The position numbers and the translations under genes are program-made. DNA of 64,000 nucleotides from Eledone cirrhosa (taxonomy: Eukaryota), in assembly GCA_964016885.1 (NCBI GenBank), contig OZ024740.1, positions 105,028,001 to 105,092,000 on the forward strand. Direction: 5' to 3'. The notes under the pieces were generated by a model. That model ran no database searches. It worked only from the letters and a program-made list of their open reading frames with translations, and had not been told where the DNA came from. Of this stretch, positions 35,401 through 48,658 are shown one piece after another; position 1 is the first letter of the stretch, and every line of letters begins with the position of its first letter.

Positions 35401-37003
35401 TAACTTTCACACACAACCATCTACCATCATACATCTTACACATAATTCATATAGTCTAACTTTCACACACAATCATCTACCATCACATCTTACACATAAT
35501 TCATATAGTCTAACTTTCACACACAATCATCTACCATCACACATCTTACACATAATTCATATAGTCTAACTTTCACACACAATCATCTACCATCACATCT
35601 TACACATAATTCATATAGTCTAACTTTCACACACAACCATCTACCATCACATCTTACACATAATTCATATAGTGTAACTTTCATACACAATCATCTACCA
35701 TCATACATCTTACACATAATTCATATAGTCTAACTTTCACACACAATCATCTACCATCACATCTTACACATAATTCATATAGTCTAACTTTCACACACAA
35801 CCATCTACCATCACATCTTACACATAATTCATATAGTCTAACTTTCACACACAATCATCTACCATCACACATCTTACACATAATTCATATAGTCTAACTT
35901 TCATACACAACCATCTACCAACACATCTTACACATAATTCATATAGTCTAACTTTCACACACAACCATCTACCATCACATCTTACACATAATTCATATAA
36001 TCTAACTTTCATACACAACCATCTACCATCACATCTTACACATAATTCATATAATCTAACTTTCATACACAACCATCTACCATCACATCTTACACATAAT
36101 TCATATAGTCTAACTTTCATACACAATCATCTACCATCACATCTTACACATAATACATATGGTCTAACTTTCATGCACAACCATCTACCATCACATCTTA
36201 CACATAATTCATATAGTCTAAACTTTCATACACAACCATCTACCATCACATCTTACACATAATTCATATAGTCTAACTTTCATGCACAACCATCTACCAT
36301 CACATCTTACACATAATTCATATAGTCTAAACTTTCATACACAACCATCTACCATCACATCTTACACATAATTCATATAGTCTAACTTTCATACAGAACC
36401 ATCTACCATCACATCTTACACATAATTCATATAGTCTAACTTTCATACACAACCATCTACCATCACATCTTACACATAATTCATATAGTCTAACTTTCAT
36501 ACACAACCATCTACCATCACATCTTACACATAATTCATATAATCTAACTTTCATACACAACCATCTACCATCACATCTTACACATAATTCATATAGTCTA
36601 ACTTTCACACACAACCATCTACCATCACACATCTTACACATAATTCATATAGTCTAACTTTCATACACAATCATCTACCATCACATCTTACACATAATTC
36701 ATATAGTCTGACTTTCACACACAACCATCTACCATCACATCTTACACATAATTCATATAGTCTAACTTTCACACACAACCATCTACCATCACACATAACC
36801 ATCTACCATCACACATCTTACACATAATTCATATAGTCTAACTTTCATACACAACCATCTACCATCACATCTTACACATAATTCATATAGTCTAACTTTC
36901 ATACACAACCATCTACCATCACATCTTACACATAATTCATATAGTCTAACTTTCATACACAACCATCTACCAACACATCTTACACATAATTCATATAGTC
37001 TAA
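20402..37003. repeat. Tandem block duplication, 8286-bp period
   Basis: Markers at 20937/29223, 21819/30105, 23923/32209, 26957/35243 and 28041/36327 are all +8286. Shared private variants include AGCCTGAC (~24316/32602), CATCATACAC (~26040/34326) and ACAGAACC (~28108/36394). Confidence 0.95.
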
Positions 37004-40000
37004 TTTCACACACAATCATCTACCAACACATCTTACACATAATTCATATAGTCTAACTTTCACACACAATCATCTACCATCACACATCTTACACATAATT
37101 CATATAGTCTAACTTTCACACACAACCCTCTACCATCACATCTTACGCATAATTCATATAGTCTGACTTTCACACACAACCATCTACCATCACATCTTAC
37201 ACATAATTCATATAGTCTAACTTTCACACACAACCATCTACCATCACATCTTACACATAATTCATATAGTCTAACTTTCATACACAACCATCTACCATCA
37301 CACATCTTAAACATAATTCATATAGTCTAACTTTCATACACAATCATCTACCATCACATCTTACACATAATTCATATAGTCTAACTTTCACACACAACCA
37401 TCTACCATCACATCTTACACATAATTCATATAGTCTCACTTTCATACACAACCATCTACCATCACCCATCTTACACATAATTCATATAGTCTAACTTTCA
37501 CACACAACCATCTACCATCACATCTTACACATAATTCATATAATCTAACTTTCACACACAACCATCTACCATCACACATCTTACACATAATTCATATAGT
37601 CTGACTTTCATACCCAACGATCTACCATCACCTTACGCATAATTCATATATTCTAACTTTCACACACAACCATCTACCATCACATCTTACACATAATTCA
37701 TATAGTCTGACTTTCACACACAACCATCTACCATCACATCTTACGCATAATTCATATAGTCTGACTTTCATACACAATCATCTACCATCACACATCTTAC
37801 ACATAATTCATATAGTCAAACTTTCACACACAACCATCTACCATCACATCTTACGCATAATTCATATAGTCTGACTTTCACACACAATCATCTACCATCA
37901 CATCTTACACATAATTCATATAGTCTAACTTCCACACACAACCATCTACCATCACATCTTACACATAATTCATATAGTCTAACTTTCATACACAACCATC
38001 TACCATCACATCTTACACATAATTCATATAGTCTAACTTTCATACACAACCATCTACCATCACATCTTACACATAATTCATATAGTCTAACTTTCATACA
38101 CAACCATCTACCATCACATCTTACACATAATTCATATAGTCTAACTTTCATACACAATCATCTACCATCACATCTTACGCATAATTCATATAGTCTAACT
38201 TTCATACACAACCATCTACCATCACATCTTACACATAATTCATATAGTCTGGCTTTCATACACAACCATCTACCATCACACACCTTACACATAATTCATA
38301 TAGTCTAACTTTCACACACAACCATCTACCATCACACATCTTAAACATAATTCATATAGTCTATCTTTCACACACAACCATCTACCATCACATCTTACAC
38401 ATAATACCTATAGTCTAACTTTCATACACAATCATCTACCATCATACATCTTACACATAATTCATATAGTCTAACTTTCACACACAATCATCTACCATCA
38501 CATCTTACACATAATTCATATAGTCTAACTTTCACACACAATCATCTACCATCACACATCTTACACATAATTCATATAGTCTAACTTTCACACACAATCA
38601 TCTACCATCACATCTTACACATAATTCATATAGTCTAACTTTCACACACAACCATCTACCATCACATCTTACACATAATTCATATAGTCTAACTTTCATA
38701 CACAATCATCTACCATCATACATCTTACACATAATTCATATAGTCTAACTTTCACACACAATCATCTACCATCACATCTTACACATAATTCATATAGTCT
38801 AACTTTCACACACAACCATCTACCATCACATCTTACACATAGTTCATATAGTCTAACTTTCACACACAATCATCTACCATCACACATCTTACACATAATT
38901 CATATAGTCTAACTTTCATACACAACCATCTACCATCACATCTTACACATAATTCATATAGTCTAACTTTCATACACAATCATCTACCATCACATCTTAC
39001 ACATAATACATATGGTCTAACTTTCATGCACAACCATCTACCATCACATCTTACACATAATTCATATAGTCTAAACTTTCATACACAACCATCTACCATC
39101 ACATCTTACACATAATTCATATAGTCTAACTTTCATGCACAACCATCTACCATCACATCTTACACATAATTCATATAGTCTAAACTTTCATACACAACCA
39201 TCTACCATCACATCTTACACATAATTCATATAGTCTAACTTTCATACACAACCATCTACCATCACATCTTACACATAATTCATATAGTCTAACTTTCATA
39301 CACAACCATCTACCATCACATCTTACACATAATTCATATAGTCTAACTTTCATACACAACCATCTACCATCACATCTTACACATAATTCATATAGTCTAA
39401 CTTTCATACACAACCATCTACCATCACATCTTACACATAATTCATATAGTCTAACTTTCACACACAACCATCTACCATCACACATCTTACACATAATTCA
39501 TATAGTCTAACTTTCATACACAACCATCTACCATCACACATCTTACACATAATTCATATAGTCTAACTTTCATACACAATCATCTACCATCACATCTTAC
39601 ACATAATTCATATAGTCTGACTTTCACACACAACCATCTACCATCACATCTTACACATAATTCATATAGTCTAACTTTCACACACAACCATCTACCATCA
39701 CACATAACCATCTACCATCACACATCTTACACATAATTCATATAGTCTAACTTTCATACACAACCATCTACCATCACATCTTACACATAATTCATATAGT
39801 CTAACTTTCATACACAACCATCTACCATCACATCTTACACATTATTCATATAGTCTAACTTTCATACACAACCATCTACCAACACATCTTACACATAATT
39901 CATATAGTCTAACTTTCACACACAATCATCTACCAACACATCTTACACATAATTCATATAGTCTAACTTTCACACACAATCATCTACCATCACACATCTT

Positions 40001-43000
40001 ACACATAATTCATATAGTCTAACTTTCACACACAATCATCTACCATCACACATCTTACACATAATTCATATAGTCTAACTTTCACACACAACCCTCTACC
40101 ATCACATCTTACGCATAATTCATATAGTCTGACTTTCACACACAACCATCTACCATCACATCTTACACATAATTCATATAGTCTAACTTTCACACACAAC
40201 CATCTACCATCACATCTTACACATAATTCATATAGTCTAACTTTCATACACAATCATCTACCATCACATCTTACACATAATTCATATAGTCTAACTTTCA
40301 CACACAACCATCTACCATCACACATCTTACACATAATTCATATAGTCTAAGTTTCATACACAATCATCTACCATCACATCTTACACATAATTCATATAGT
40401 TTAACTTTCACACACAACCATCTACCATCACACATCTTAAACATAATTCATATAGTCTAACTTTCACACACAACCATCTACCATCACACATCTTACACAT
40501 AATTCATATAGTCTAACTTTCATACACAATCATCTACCATCACATCTTACACATAATTCATATAGTCTAACTTTCACACACAACCATCTACCATCACATC
40601 TTACACATAATTCATATAGTCTCACTTTCATACACAACCATCTACCATCACCCATCTTACACATAATTCATATAGTCTAACTTTCACACACAACCATCTA
40701 CCATCACACATCCTACACATAATTCATATAGTCTGACTTTCATACACAACCATCTACCATCACCTTACACATAATTCATATAATCTAACTTTCACACACA
40801 ACCATCTACCATCACACATTTTACACATAATTCATATAGTCTAACTTTCACACACAACCATCTACCATCACATCTTACACATAATTCATATAGTCTGACT
40901 TTCACACACAACCATCTACCATCACATCTTACACATAATTCATATAGTCTGACTTTCATACACAATCATCTACCATCACACATCTTACACATAATTCATA
41001 TAGTCTAACTTTCACACACAACCATCTACCATCACATCTTACGCATAATTCATATAGTCTGACTTTCACACACAATCATCTACCATCACATCTTACACAT
41101 AATTCATATAGTCTAACTTCCACACACAACCATCTACCATCACATCTTACACATAATTCATATAGTCTAACTTTCACACACAACCATCTACCATCACACA
41201 TAATTCATATAGTCTAACTTTCATACACAACCATCTACCATCACACATCTTACACTTAATTCATATTGTCTAACTTTCATACACAACCATCTACCATCAC
41301 ATCTTACACATAATTCATATAATCTAACTTTCATACACAACCATCTACCATCACATCTTACACATAATTCATATAGTCTAACTTTCACACACAACCATCT
41401 ACCATCACATCTTACACATAATTCATATAATCTAACTTTCACACACAACCATCTACCATCACACATCTTACACATAATTCATATAGTCTGACTTTCATAC
41501 ACAACCATCTACCATCACCTTACACATAATTCATATAGTCTAACTTTCACACACAACCATCTACCATCACATCTTACACATAATTCATATAATTTAACTT
41601 TCACACACAACCATCTACCATCACACATCTTACACATAATTCACATAGTCTAACTTTCACACACAACCATCTACCATCACATCTTACACATAATTCATAT
41701 AGTCTAACATTCACACACAACCATCTACCATCACATCTTACACATAATTCATATAATCTAACTTTCACACACAACCATCTACCATCACATCTTACACATA
41801 ATTCATATAGTCTGACTTTCATACACAACCATCTACCATCACACATCTTACACATGATTCATTTGCCTGACTTCACACACAAATAAAACCCAATTGTTAC
41901 CAACAGAGGCAGCAGATTTAAAATTGTTTCCAACCAGCCTTACTGTAGTTACCAATTTTTCATTACAACCACATCCAACATTAGGTGTGAATGTATATAA
42001 GTTATATATAATCTTAAAATTTTAACAGCCGATTTTGTATCAGATATCCTATTACAAAACATTTTCTATAAATTACTACTGAATGTGACATAAGAAACAG
42101 CTGGTGTTGTATAATATTACTGATAATATAATAGTAATGGCAATAATGATAATAATTGTCATCATCATTATTATTGCTATGATTGGAATGGAAAGTTTGG
42201 CATGCTGGGAGTGATGATAGAATTCAAGGCTAAATGTTTAATTCTATATTTTTTCATTCCTTTGTCTAGAGAATTTCCAGTACTGCTAAAAATGACTTTT
42301 CATTTCATTCTTCTGAGTTCAATAAACTATGTACTAATTTATATCAAGAGCTGGATATACCTATCTCCGTAAATTTCTAGCTTTGTACCTATGTTAAAAC
42401 CCATCATTATTAGTAGCATTATGATCAAAACATTGGCTTGGCGGAGTTGTTAGAACATCAGACAAATGCTCTCTCTCTCTTTCAGTCTCAGAATTGGTCA
42501 TGCTTCATACTGAGTGATCCGTTTCTCTATAAATGGAGGAAAGTTGAACTAGGGGCTAGCAAACTATTCTCATAAAGCATGCTACCAAAAAAATAGACAT
42601 CCAAAGAAACCAAGGAACATAGCAGATATTGACAGCCCAATGTGTTGTACAGTATGGAATGGTTAAAGAAAAAAAAAAATTTAGTTGTAACCCTTAAAGT
42701 TCTGAGTCTAGAGCCTGTTAGGACTGATTTAGCTTTTCTTCTTTTGTGAGTTGATAGATAAATAAGAGTCAGGTACTGGTGTTGATTTAAAACGATAAGG
42801 CCAAGCAAAGGTTGACTATAAATTTACAACAATAGATTGTATCGTATGTCTTTCATGGTGTGAAGGACTGCACATCTACTGGGAGATTAAAAAACAGTGC
42901 TATACATCAGAATACACTTCTGCATATTGATATGCAACTTTGTAAAGTCTGCCAAAATAGATGTAAGAGCCTGGTGTGCTTGAAGAACCACTTTTGAAAA

Positions 43001-43556
43001 TAGGATTCTTAGTGACAGTCTTTGGTTATGAGTGTGTGTAAGAGAGAAAGAAAGAGAGCAATAGGTGTGGTCCATAATAGTTGGGATAACACTGTCTCTT
43101 CTTGAAGACAATAAATGTAAGCTAAGCTGCCATCTATTTCCTTTTAACACCACAGACTGGTGGTATCACCTGACTGAGGTCACACTAAACTAACCATAAC
43201 ATGTAGAAAGTAAGTAGTTTATAACTGTTACATAGCTATTATCAGCTGCTGTAAATCAAATTATTTAACTTAGCTGTTTGTTGAAGATCAAGCCAACTAC
43301 TTTTTGGTATTTGAAGTTGTTTAAATTTTAATAATGTTCTACCAGCCATACATATTTTTGGCCTTGATCACCTGTAAAGTAAAGCAATACCTTTACAACT
43401 TTAAGTAATTGCTCTACTATAGCTTCTCTTCATATTTACATCCTTTTAAGCTTTGGAATTTAAGTCTCCAGAAGATTTTTTCTCCTCCAACTGTGATGCA
43501 TATAAAGAGTGCATATCATTTAGGATTACCTTCTAGAAAGTTGTAGAGTCTCTAAT

Positions 43557-43726
43557 TACAAGGGTGGGTTGAGGCTGACTATGAAGGAGTGATGCTAAAG
43601 CTGTAAAATCTTGCTTGCATTAATTTCAACTCTTCTTATTAATAACTGCATTGTTTCTTTCCAGGGACTATGTTGAAAAATAAACCCCATTTGGTCAGCC
43701 TATGAATTTTTCAGCTGACCCTTGTA
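43557..43726. mobile_element. Tc1/mariner-like MITE, copy 1
   Basis: Ends TACAAGGGTGGGTTGA.. and ..GTCAGCCTATGAATTTTTCAGCTGACCCTTGTA form TIRs bounded by TA. The body is the reverse complement of 45118-45292. Confidence 0.8.
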
Positions 43727-44229
43727 GTTCCTATTGTTGTATATTGGATAGCAAGATTTAGAAGGTCTCCATAACAGAGAAGATAGCAAGTGAAGACTCC
43801 TTTACTTTTGTTGCCAAACATTTATGAAATTAGTGCATATATGCTATGCCATCAAAACATTATTGAACAATTTTGTGAAGTTTCAGTTCCAGTTGCTGGA
43901 GAATATTTTTCACTAACTCATAAAGAAAACTTTCTTCAGTAAAAGGTGTTGCATAGAATCAGATGAAAGACTCCTTGATTTCTCCTTCAATGATGGACCT
44001 GAGGCATATTACAACTTACTGATGTCCATGCTGATGCCTGATATTTCATTAAAAAAGGATGAAATATTCTGAACATGTTTTCATATCGTTTTTCAATGTT
44101 CACTGAAAAAGTCCCATCAAGGTCTACTGCATATACATATTTAACTGACTTTTCAGTTTTATCCTAGCTAAATAATATCCTTGAACTGAAGATGTAAAAA
44201 TCCTGGTTAATATCAGAACCTTGTCCTAA

Positions 44230-44720
44230 GTTAGTCTGTTATTTGGTATAACCTTGTTGAGCTGTTTTGTTGAGCAGTGAACAATAGAGCTTATACCAGT
44301 CAAACTGTGACTTTTGCAACACTCACAATGAAATCTTTCAGATAAAGAAGAGATTGAAAATCAGTATATTGCAAAATCTCCTCAAAACTTTATAGAGCCT
44401 GGTTCTTTCAAATCTGAATATACTTTGAGTTGTCAACCTCCTCGTGGATGGCCCCGGAAACTGATCTCTGATCTTGATCTGGTGAATGACAACAACCCAA
44501 GACAGCAATATTCTCATACGCAAGATGATGTGAATTTGACCCATGAATCTCCACTGCCTCTACAGGACAATATCATTGAAACAAGACCAAATCACCCCAT
44601 TCTGACACAATATAAACAAAAAGAATTTGGTCAGGAGTTTAGTTTGAGGGATTTCAAAAGGGGATATTTGAACCATATCTTTGGTTTCCCTATGACACAA
44701 ATCATTGTAAGAGGACTGAA
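44230..44720 (+). pseudogene. Possible decayed hAT/ZMYM1-like transposase fragment
   Basis: PNHPILTQYKQKEFGQEFSLRDFKRGY / FEPYLWFPYD (across a frameshift) resembles the TTF-type zinc-finger N-terminus of hAT transposases. Recalled similarity only; many stops. Confidence 0.35.
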
Positions 44721-44950
44721 ACATTGCATTCACAGATTCAAAATCAATTTACTGTGGATATGTATTGTATGTACGGTCATGTAACTACTGATGGACTTGT
44801 AGTGGTAACGCATTGACATACAACGTTTCTAGGGCATTTTAAAAAACCTGGTGGAGCCCATCTCCTCACCAGGTCTAACTATAGGAGATTTCTTCCAGAG
44901 AAGGAAAGAGAGAGTGAAAGAAAGGAAGTGAGAAAGAGATATAGAAGAAG

Positions 44951-45109
44951 AATTGACCCCAGTGCAAGACTGGTACTTTTTTATCGATCTTAAATGGATG
45001 AAAGGCAAAGTTGACCTCAGCCTGATTTGAACTCAGAGCGTAGAGAGTCAGAATGAATATTTCAAAGCATTCTATCCGACGTTCTATCAACTCTGCCAAT
45101 TTGCCGCCT
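44951..45109 (-). mobile_element. tRNA-derived SINE (older copy)
   Basis: Minus strand reads GGCGGCAAATTGGCAGAGTTG (A-box-like), GAGTTCAAATC (B-box), then the family core GAGGTCAACTTTGCCTTTCATCC..AAGTACCAGT. Confidence 0.88.
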
Positions 45110-45117
45110 ACTGTGGA

Positions 45118-45292
45118 TATGGGTCGGCTGTAAAGTTCATAGGCTGACTAAAATATTGTCATGGAATGATTAAATGAAGTTTTATTTTTCAACACAGATC
45201 CTGGAATGAAACAATGCAGTAATTAATCCAAGCAAGATTTCACAGCTCTAGCATCATCGTCAGCCTATAAAACTTTTCAGCCAATCCTTGTA
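45118..45292. mobile_element. Tc1/mariner-like MITE, copy 2 (inverted relative to copy 1)
   Basis: ~30-bp TIRs: GGGTCGGCTGTAAAGTTCATAGGCTGAC and GTCAGCCTATAAAACTTTTCAGCCAATCCTTGTA. Confidence 0.82.
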
Positions 45293-45639
45293 ACTGTAAA
45301 ATAACCTTTGAGTGGTTTTTGCCAGTTTTCTTCTAATAAACTATATAGTTTCAAAAACTTTCAGAAATAATGAAGGTGCTTGATAAGTATCATCTAGGTT
45401 TAATGTTTTGAATATAGACCTGTATTCTCACACAAGTTACTAATAGAAAAGTAAAGTAAACTCTTAGTTATGAGAAATACAAGGTTTGGTGTAGAATAGC
45501 AAATGAATAATCACATTTTAAAATGTAATATTTCAAAATAAAATGTTTGAATGAAATGGAAAAAGAAAATGACACAAAATTTAAACATTGCAAAAAGGTC
45601 AGATTTGTCAAATTTGACCACAAAAAATGCTAGAATGAC

Positions 45640-45908
45640 AACCTTTCCCATAACCACCACCATCATTTCCCATGCCATATATTTTATTACTCTATCTATT
45701 ATCATCATCAATCTGACCCACCATCACCAATGCCACTATTATAATCACCACCAACACCATCACCTCCATTACTGCCACTGCTGTAATCACCACCACCACA
45801 ACCATTGCTACTGCTGTAATCACCACCACCACAACCATTGCTACTGCTGTAATCACCACCACCACAACCATTGCTACTGCTGTAATCACCACCATCATCT
45901 CCATTGCC
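45640..45908. repeat. CAC/CAT low-complexity tract containing ~4 copies of a 33-bp minisatellite
   Basis: Unit CTACTGCTGTAATCACCACCACCACAACCATTG repeated over ~45774-45905. Confidence 0.92.
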
Positions 45909-46072
45909 TCAGCTATAATGGTTCATATGCATATATATATATGTGTGTATATTGCTTGCTGGTGTCCAGTTGTTTGAGCAACAGAACAGCCTGCAAACAT
46001 ACATGTTACTAGAAATCAAACTCACATTCTTATAATTATGAGCTGAACACTCTATGCAATGCCCCCCCTCCC

Positions 46073-46112
<40 letters not shown>

Positions 46113-46657
46113 TATATAGAGGGCACACAAAAAAAAACAACAAAAGATAGACAGTCCCATCTCCTCAGTCAACCTCTGGAAATCGCTACTGTTTTAAGGC
46201 TGATTCCATTCATTCCAGTGCACACTAGGACAAAACAAAACAGGTAGAGATGAGTTATGCATTTAAGCGAATTACACAAATATAGATGAGAAAGAATCCC
46301 ATATGCATCAAGTGAGAAAGAAGGGAAAGAATGGTGCATGGGTGCTTGGCCAAAAGAGAAAAACAGTAAAACAGAAGAGAATAATATGGACTGTAGTCTG
46401 GGTGGTGTGATGTCTAATATATGATAGTTTAAAAAAAAAGCCCACATGACTAATTCTTTAGCAGCATTTCTCAACTGGTGTTCTCCAGAACCCTAGGTTT
46501 CTGCAAGGAACTGATAAATAAGCTAATACATTTTACTCTTCAGTAATATTTCTTCAGCTGTATAGTCGTAATTTTATTATACATATATGGCATATTGTTA
46601 GAAAACCCTCGGTTATCATAATAAAGGCTTAGGCCTCTAAAAGAGATACATATTAAA

Positions 46658-46836
46658 AATTGTTTCTACTTTGGGCACAAGGCCAGCAATTACTCTAGTG
46701 CATTACTGGTACTTTATTTGATCAACCCCGTAAGGATGAAAGGCAAAGTTAACCTCGGCGGGATTTGAACTCAGACGGTAAAGGGCCGTAACTCTATGCT
46801 GCAAGGTATGGCGCCCAACCCTCAACCCTACTGCCA
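46658..46836 (-). mobile_element. SINE, short-tail form
   Basis: Family core GGATGAAAGGCAAAGTTAACCTCGGCGGGATTTGAACTC and tail AATTGTTTCTACTTTGGGCACAAGGCC. Confidence 0.92.
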
Positions 46837-46848
46837 TCCATTAATAAT

Positions 46849-47032
46849 TGTTTCTACATTTGGCACAAGGCCAGCAAATACCCTAGTACATTACTGGTAC
46901 TTTATTTTATCGACCCCGTAAGGATGAAAGGCAAAGTTAACCTCGGCGGGATTTGAACTCACACCGTAAAGGGACGTAACTATGCTGGAAAGTATGGCGT
47001 CCGACTCTCTACTGATACTGCCAATCCACCGT
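46849..47032 (-). mobile_element. SINE, short-tail form, with 14-bp TSD
   Basis: Same core; flanked by the direct repeat CATCCATTAATAAT at 46835-46848 and 47033-47046. Confidence 0.93.
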
Positions 47033-47046
47033 CATCCATTAATAAT

Positions 47047-47257
47047 GATTTCTGATTTAGGCACAAGGCCTAAATTGGGGTGAGGGGAAAGTCGATTAAA
47101 TCGACTCCAGTACATTACTGGTACTTTATTTTAAGACCCCTTAAGGATGAAAGGCCAAGCTAACCTTGGCGGGATTTGAATTCAGAATGTAAAAAGCCGT
47201 AACTCTATGCCGCGAAGCAAGGTGTCCGACGCTCTACCGATACTGCCGATCCACCGG
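47047..47257 (-). mobile_element. SINE, long-tail form
   Basis: Same core plus an extra segment GGGGTGAGGGGAAAGTCGATTAAATCGACTCC near the tail. Confidence 0.92.
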
Positions 47258-47740
47258 TATATAATAATGTTTGTGCAGGGGTTCTCTGAGACATGGAAAC
47301 TATTTCACGGATCCCACATGAATAAAAACGTTGAGAAACGCTGGTCTTTAGAATATGAATTCAAAATAGGGGTCGCACAGGAAATGAAAAAAAAAAATAC
47401 TACACTGGAAAGAATGATTTGTCAATATATTTTGAAAGCGAAAATAAGAATGAGTTTCGTTCATGATTCGCAATAAAAACTCTTATCAACATTTTAACAG
47501 GTGAGATGGGGAGGGTGAATGATATTGAAATCAATCGAAAACAAATGGCATATTCATACAGAAATCGGCTGTATGGCAGGATACACCGCTTATATTTTTG
47601 TTTATTGGTCCCCGCTGCTTTTTAAACAAAGTTCGTGGGAGGTAACTCTAAAGAATATAGTTTAGATATTAAATTAAAAAGAGAGATAACTCTGTATTTA
47701 CCAAAAATCACTGAAATAAATATTAATTGGATCATGGGTA

Positions 47741-47880
47741 GGCGGCGAATTGGCAGTGTTTAGAATGTCAGATAGAATCCGACTTTCTGCTCTCTGATTT
47801 CAAACCTGCCGAGGTCAACTTTGCCTTTCATCCAATTGAGGTTGACAAAAAAAAGTACCAGTATAGTTCTGGGGCCGATT
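47741..47880 (+). mobile_element. SINE (older, internally deleted)
   Basis: GGCGGCGAATTGGCAG head, then GAGGTCAACTTTGCCTTTCATCC and AAGTACCAGT. Confidence 0.85.
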
Positions 47881-48221
47881 CTTTCTCTCACTCTCTATGG
47901 AAGAAATCTGTTGTGTTCAGACCTGGCGAGGAGCTAGGCTCCCCCAGGTTAAAAAATACCCTAGAAACTCCGTATGTCAATACGCCGCCCCTACGACACC
48001 CTCAGGAGTTACGGGTCCATACATAATTATGACTATAATAAATGGAAATAAATATAAGACATCTAGAAATTTTCTTGAAGAACTTTCTAACTAAAGACGA
48101 GATAATAATTTTATCAACTTGATGTTAACTAAAATATTACGATGTTATTAAAAACAACAACAAAAGAAAAAAGAATTGTTTGCATTGAGTGATAAGGATT
48201 GAAGTCAAGTTCCTGGCGAAC

Positions 48222-48237
48222 CTCTCTCTCTATATAT

Positions 48238-48305
<68 letters not shown>
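48222..48305. repeat. (TC)n microsatellite
   Basis: Read directly. Confidence 0.97.
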
Positions 48306-48308
<3 letters not shown>

Positions 48309-48603
48309 TCTCTCACCCACTTCCCCTTTTCCCCGCTCTTACTCTCACTCCTCCCCCCACTCTCTCTTCCTATAATCTTATATTATGCTCTGAAATATGC
48401 CTTCAATTATCCTGACCTTATAAAATGTCTCACCATGTTGGAATATTTCAACTTGCATGATTGCCGATAATTATAATACATTGAGCTTAACCATATCTCG
48501 ATATATATGACTGAAGAGGATACCTCTCAAGCGTAAAACTAATACTAATATCATTTGTACTGCCTCTTTGTTTTTCTGTTTTTTGTTCTCTGTTTATTTA
48601 TTA

Positions 48604-48606
<3 letters not shown>

Positions 48607-48654
<48 letters not shown>
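48607..48654. repeat. (TA)n microsatellite
   Basis: Read directly. Confidence 0.97.

Positions 48655-48658
<4 letters not shown>

Larger units (their letters stand above)
1..41881. repeat. Satellite DNA array, 54-bp monomer with 56-bp (+CA) variants, ~770 copies in window; continues past window start
   Basis: Continuous tandem repeat read directly. The last degenerate monomer (CATGATTCATTTGCCTGACTTCACACAC) is at ~41853-41881, then unique sequence begins. The + strand has about one G per monomer. Confidence 0.99.
46462..47343. mobile_element. Non-autonomous hAT (Charlie-like) element with three nested SINEs
   Basis: 14-bp TIRs CAGCATTTCTCAAC / GTTGAGAAACGCTG (13/14 match). 8-bp flanks TTCTTTAG (46454-46461) and GTCTTTAG (47344-47351) match 7/8, consistent with a TSD. 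Confidence 0.85.

Noticed and set aside
238-41855. Dozens of Cys-rich (CMKVRLYELCVRCDGRWL)n and His-rich ORFs
   Set aside because: They follow from a 54-bp (3 x 18) monomer. Frames are broken constantly by 56-bp variants and TGA, with no sign of frame preservation.
1-41881. CRISPR-like or information-coding array (binary C/T variant sites)
   Set aside because: There are no unique spacers and no cas genes; the variant patterns are explained by block duplication.
42190-42520. Very degenerate SINE-like pieces
   Set aside because: Only short partial matches; boundaries cannot be supported.
42527-43153. Short minus-strand ORFs
   Set aside because: No recognisable domains, non-ATG starts, low-complexity content.
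48500-48560. CTGAAGAGG hammerhead-like start
   Set aside because: No correctly placed GAAA box or convincing stem II.
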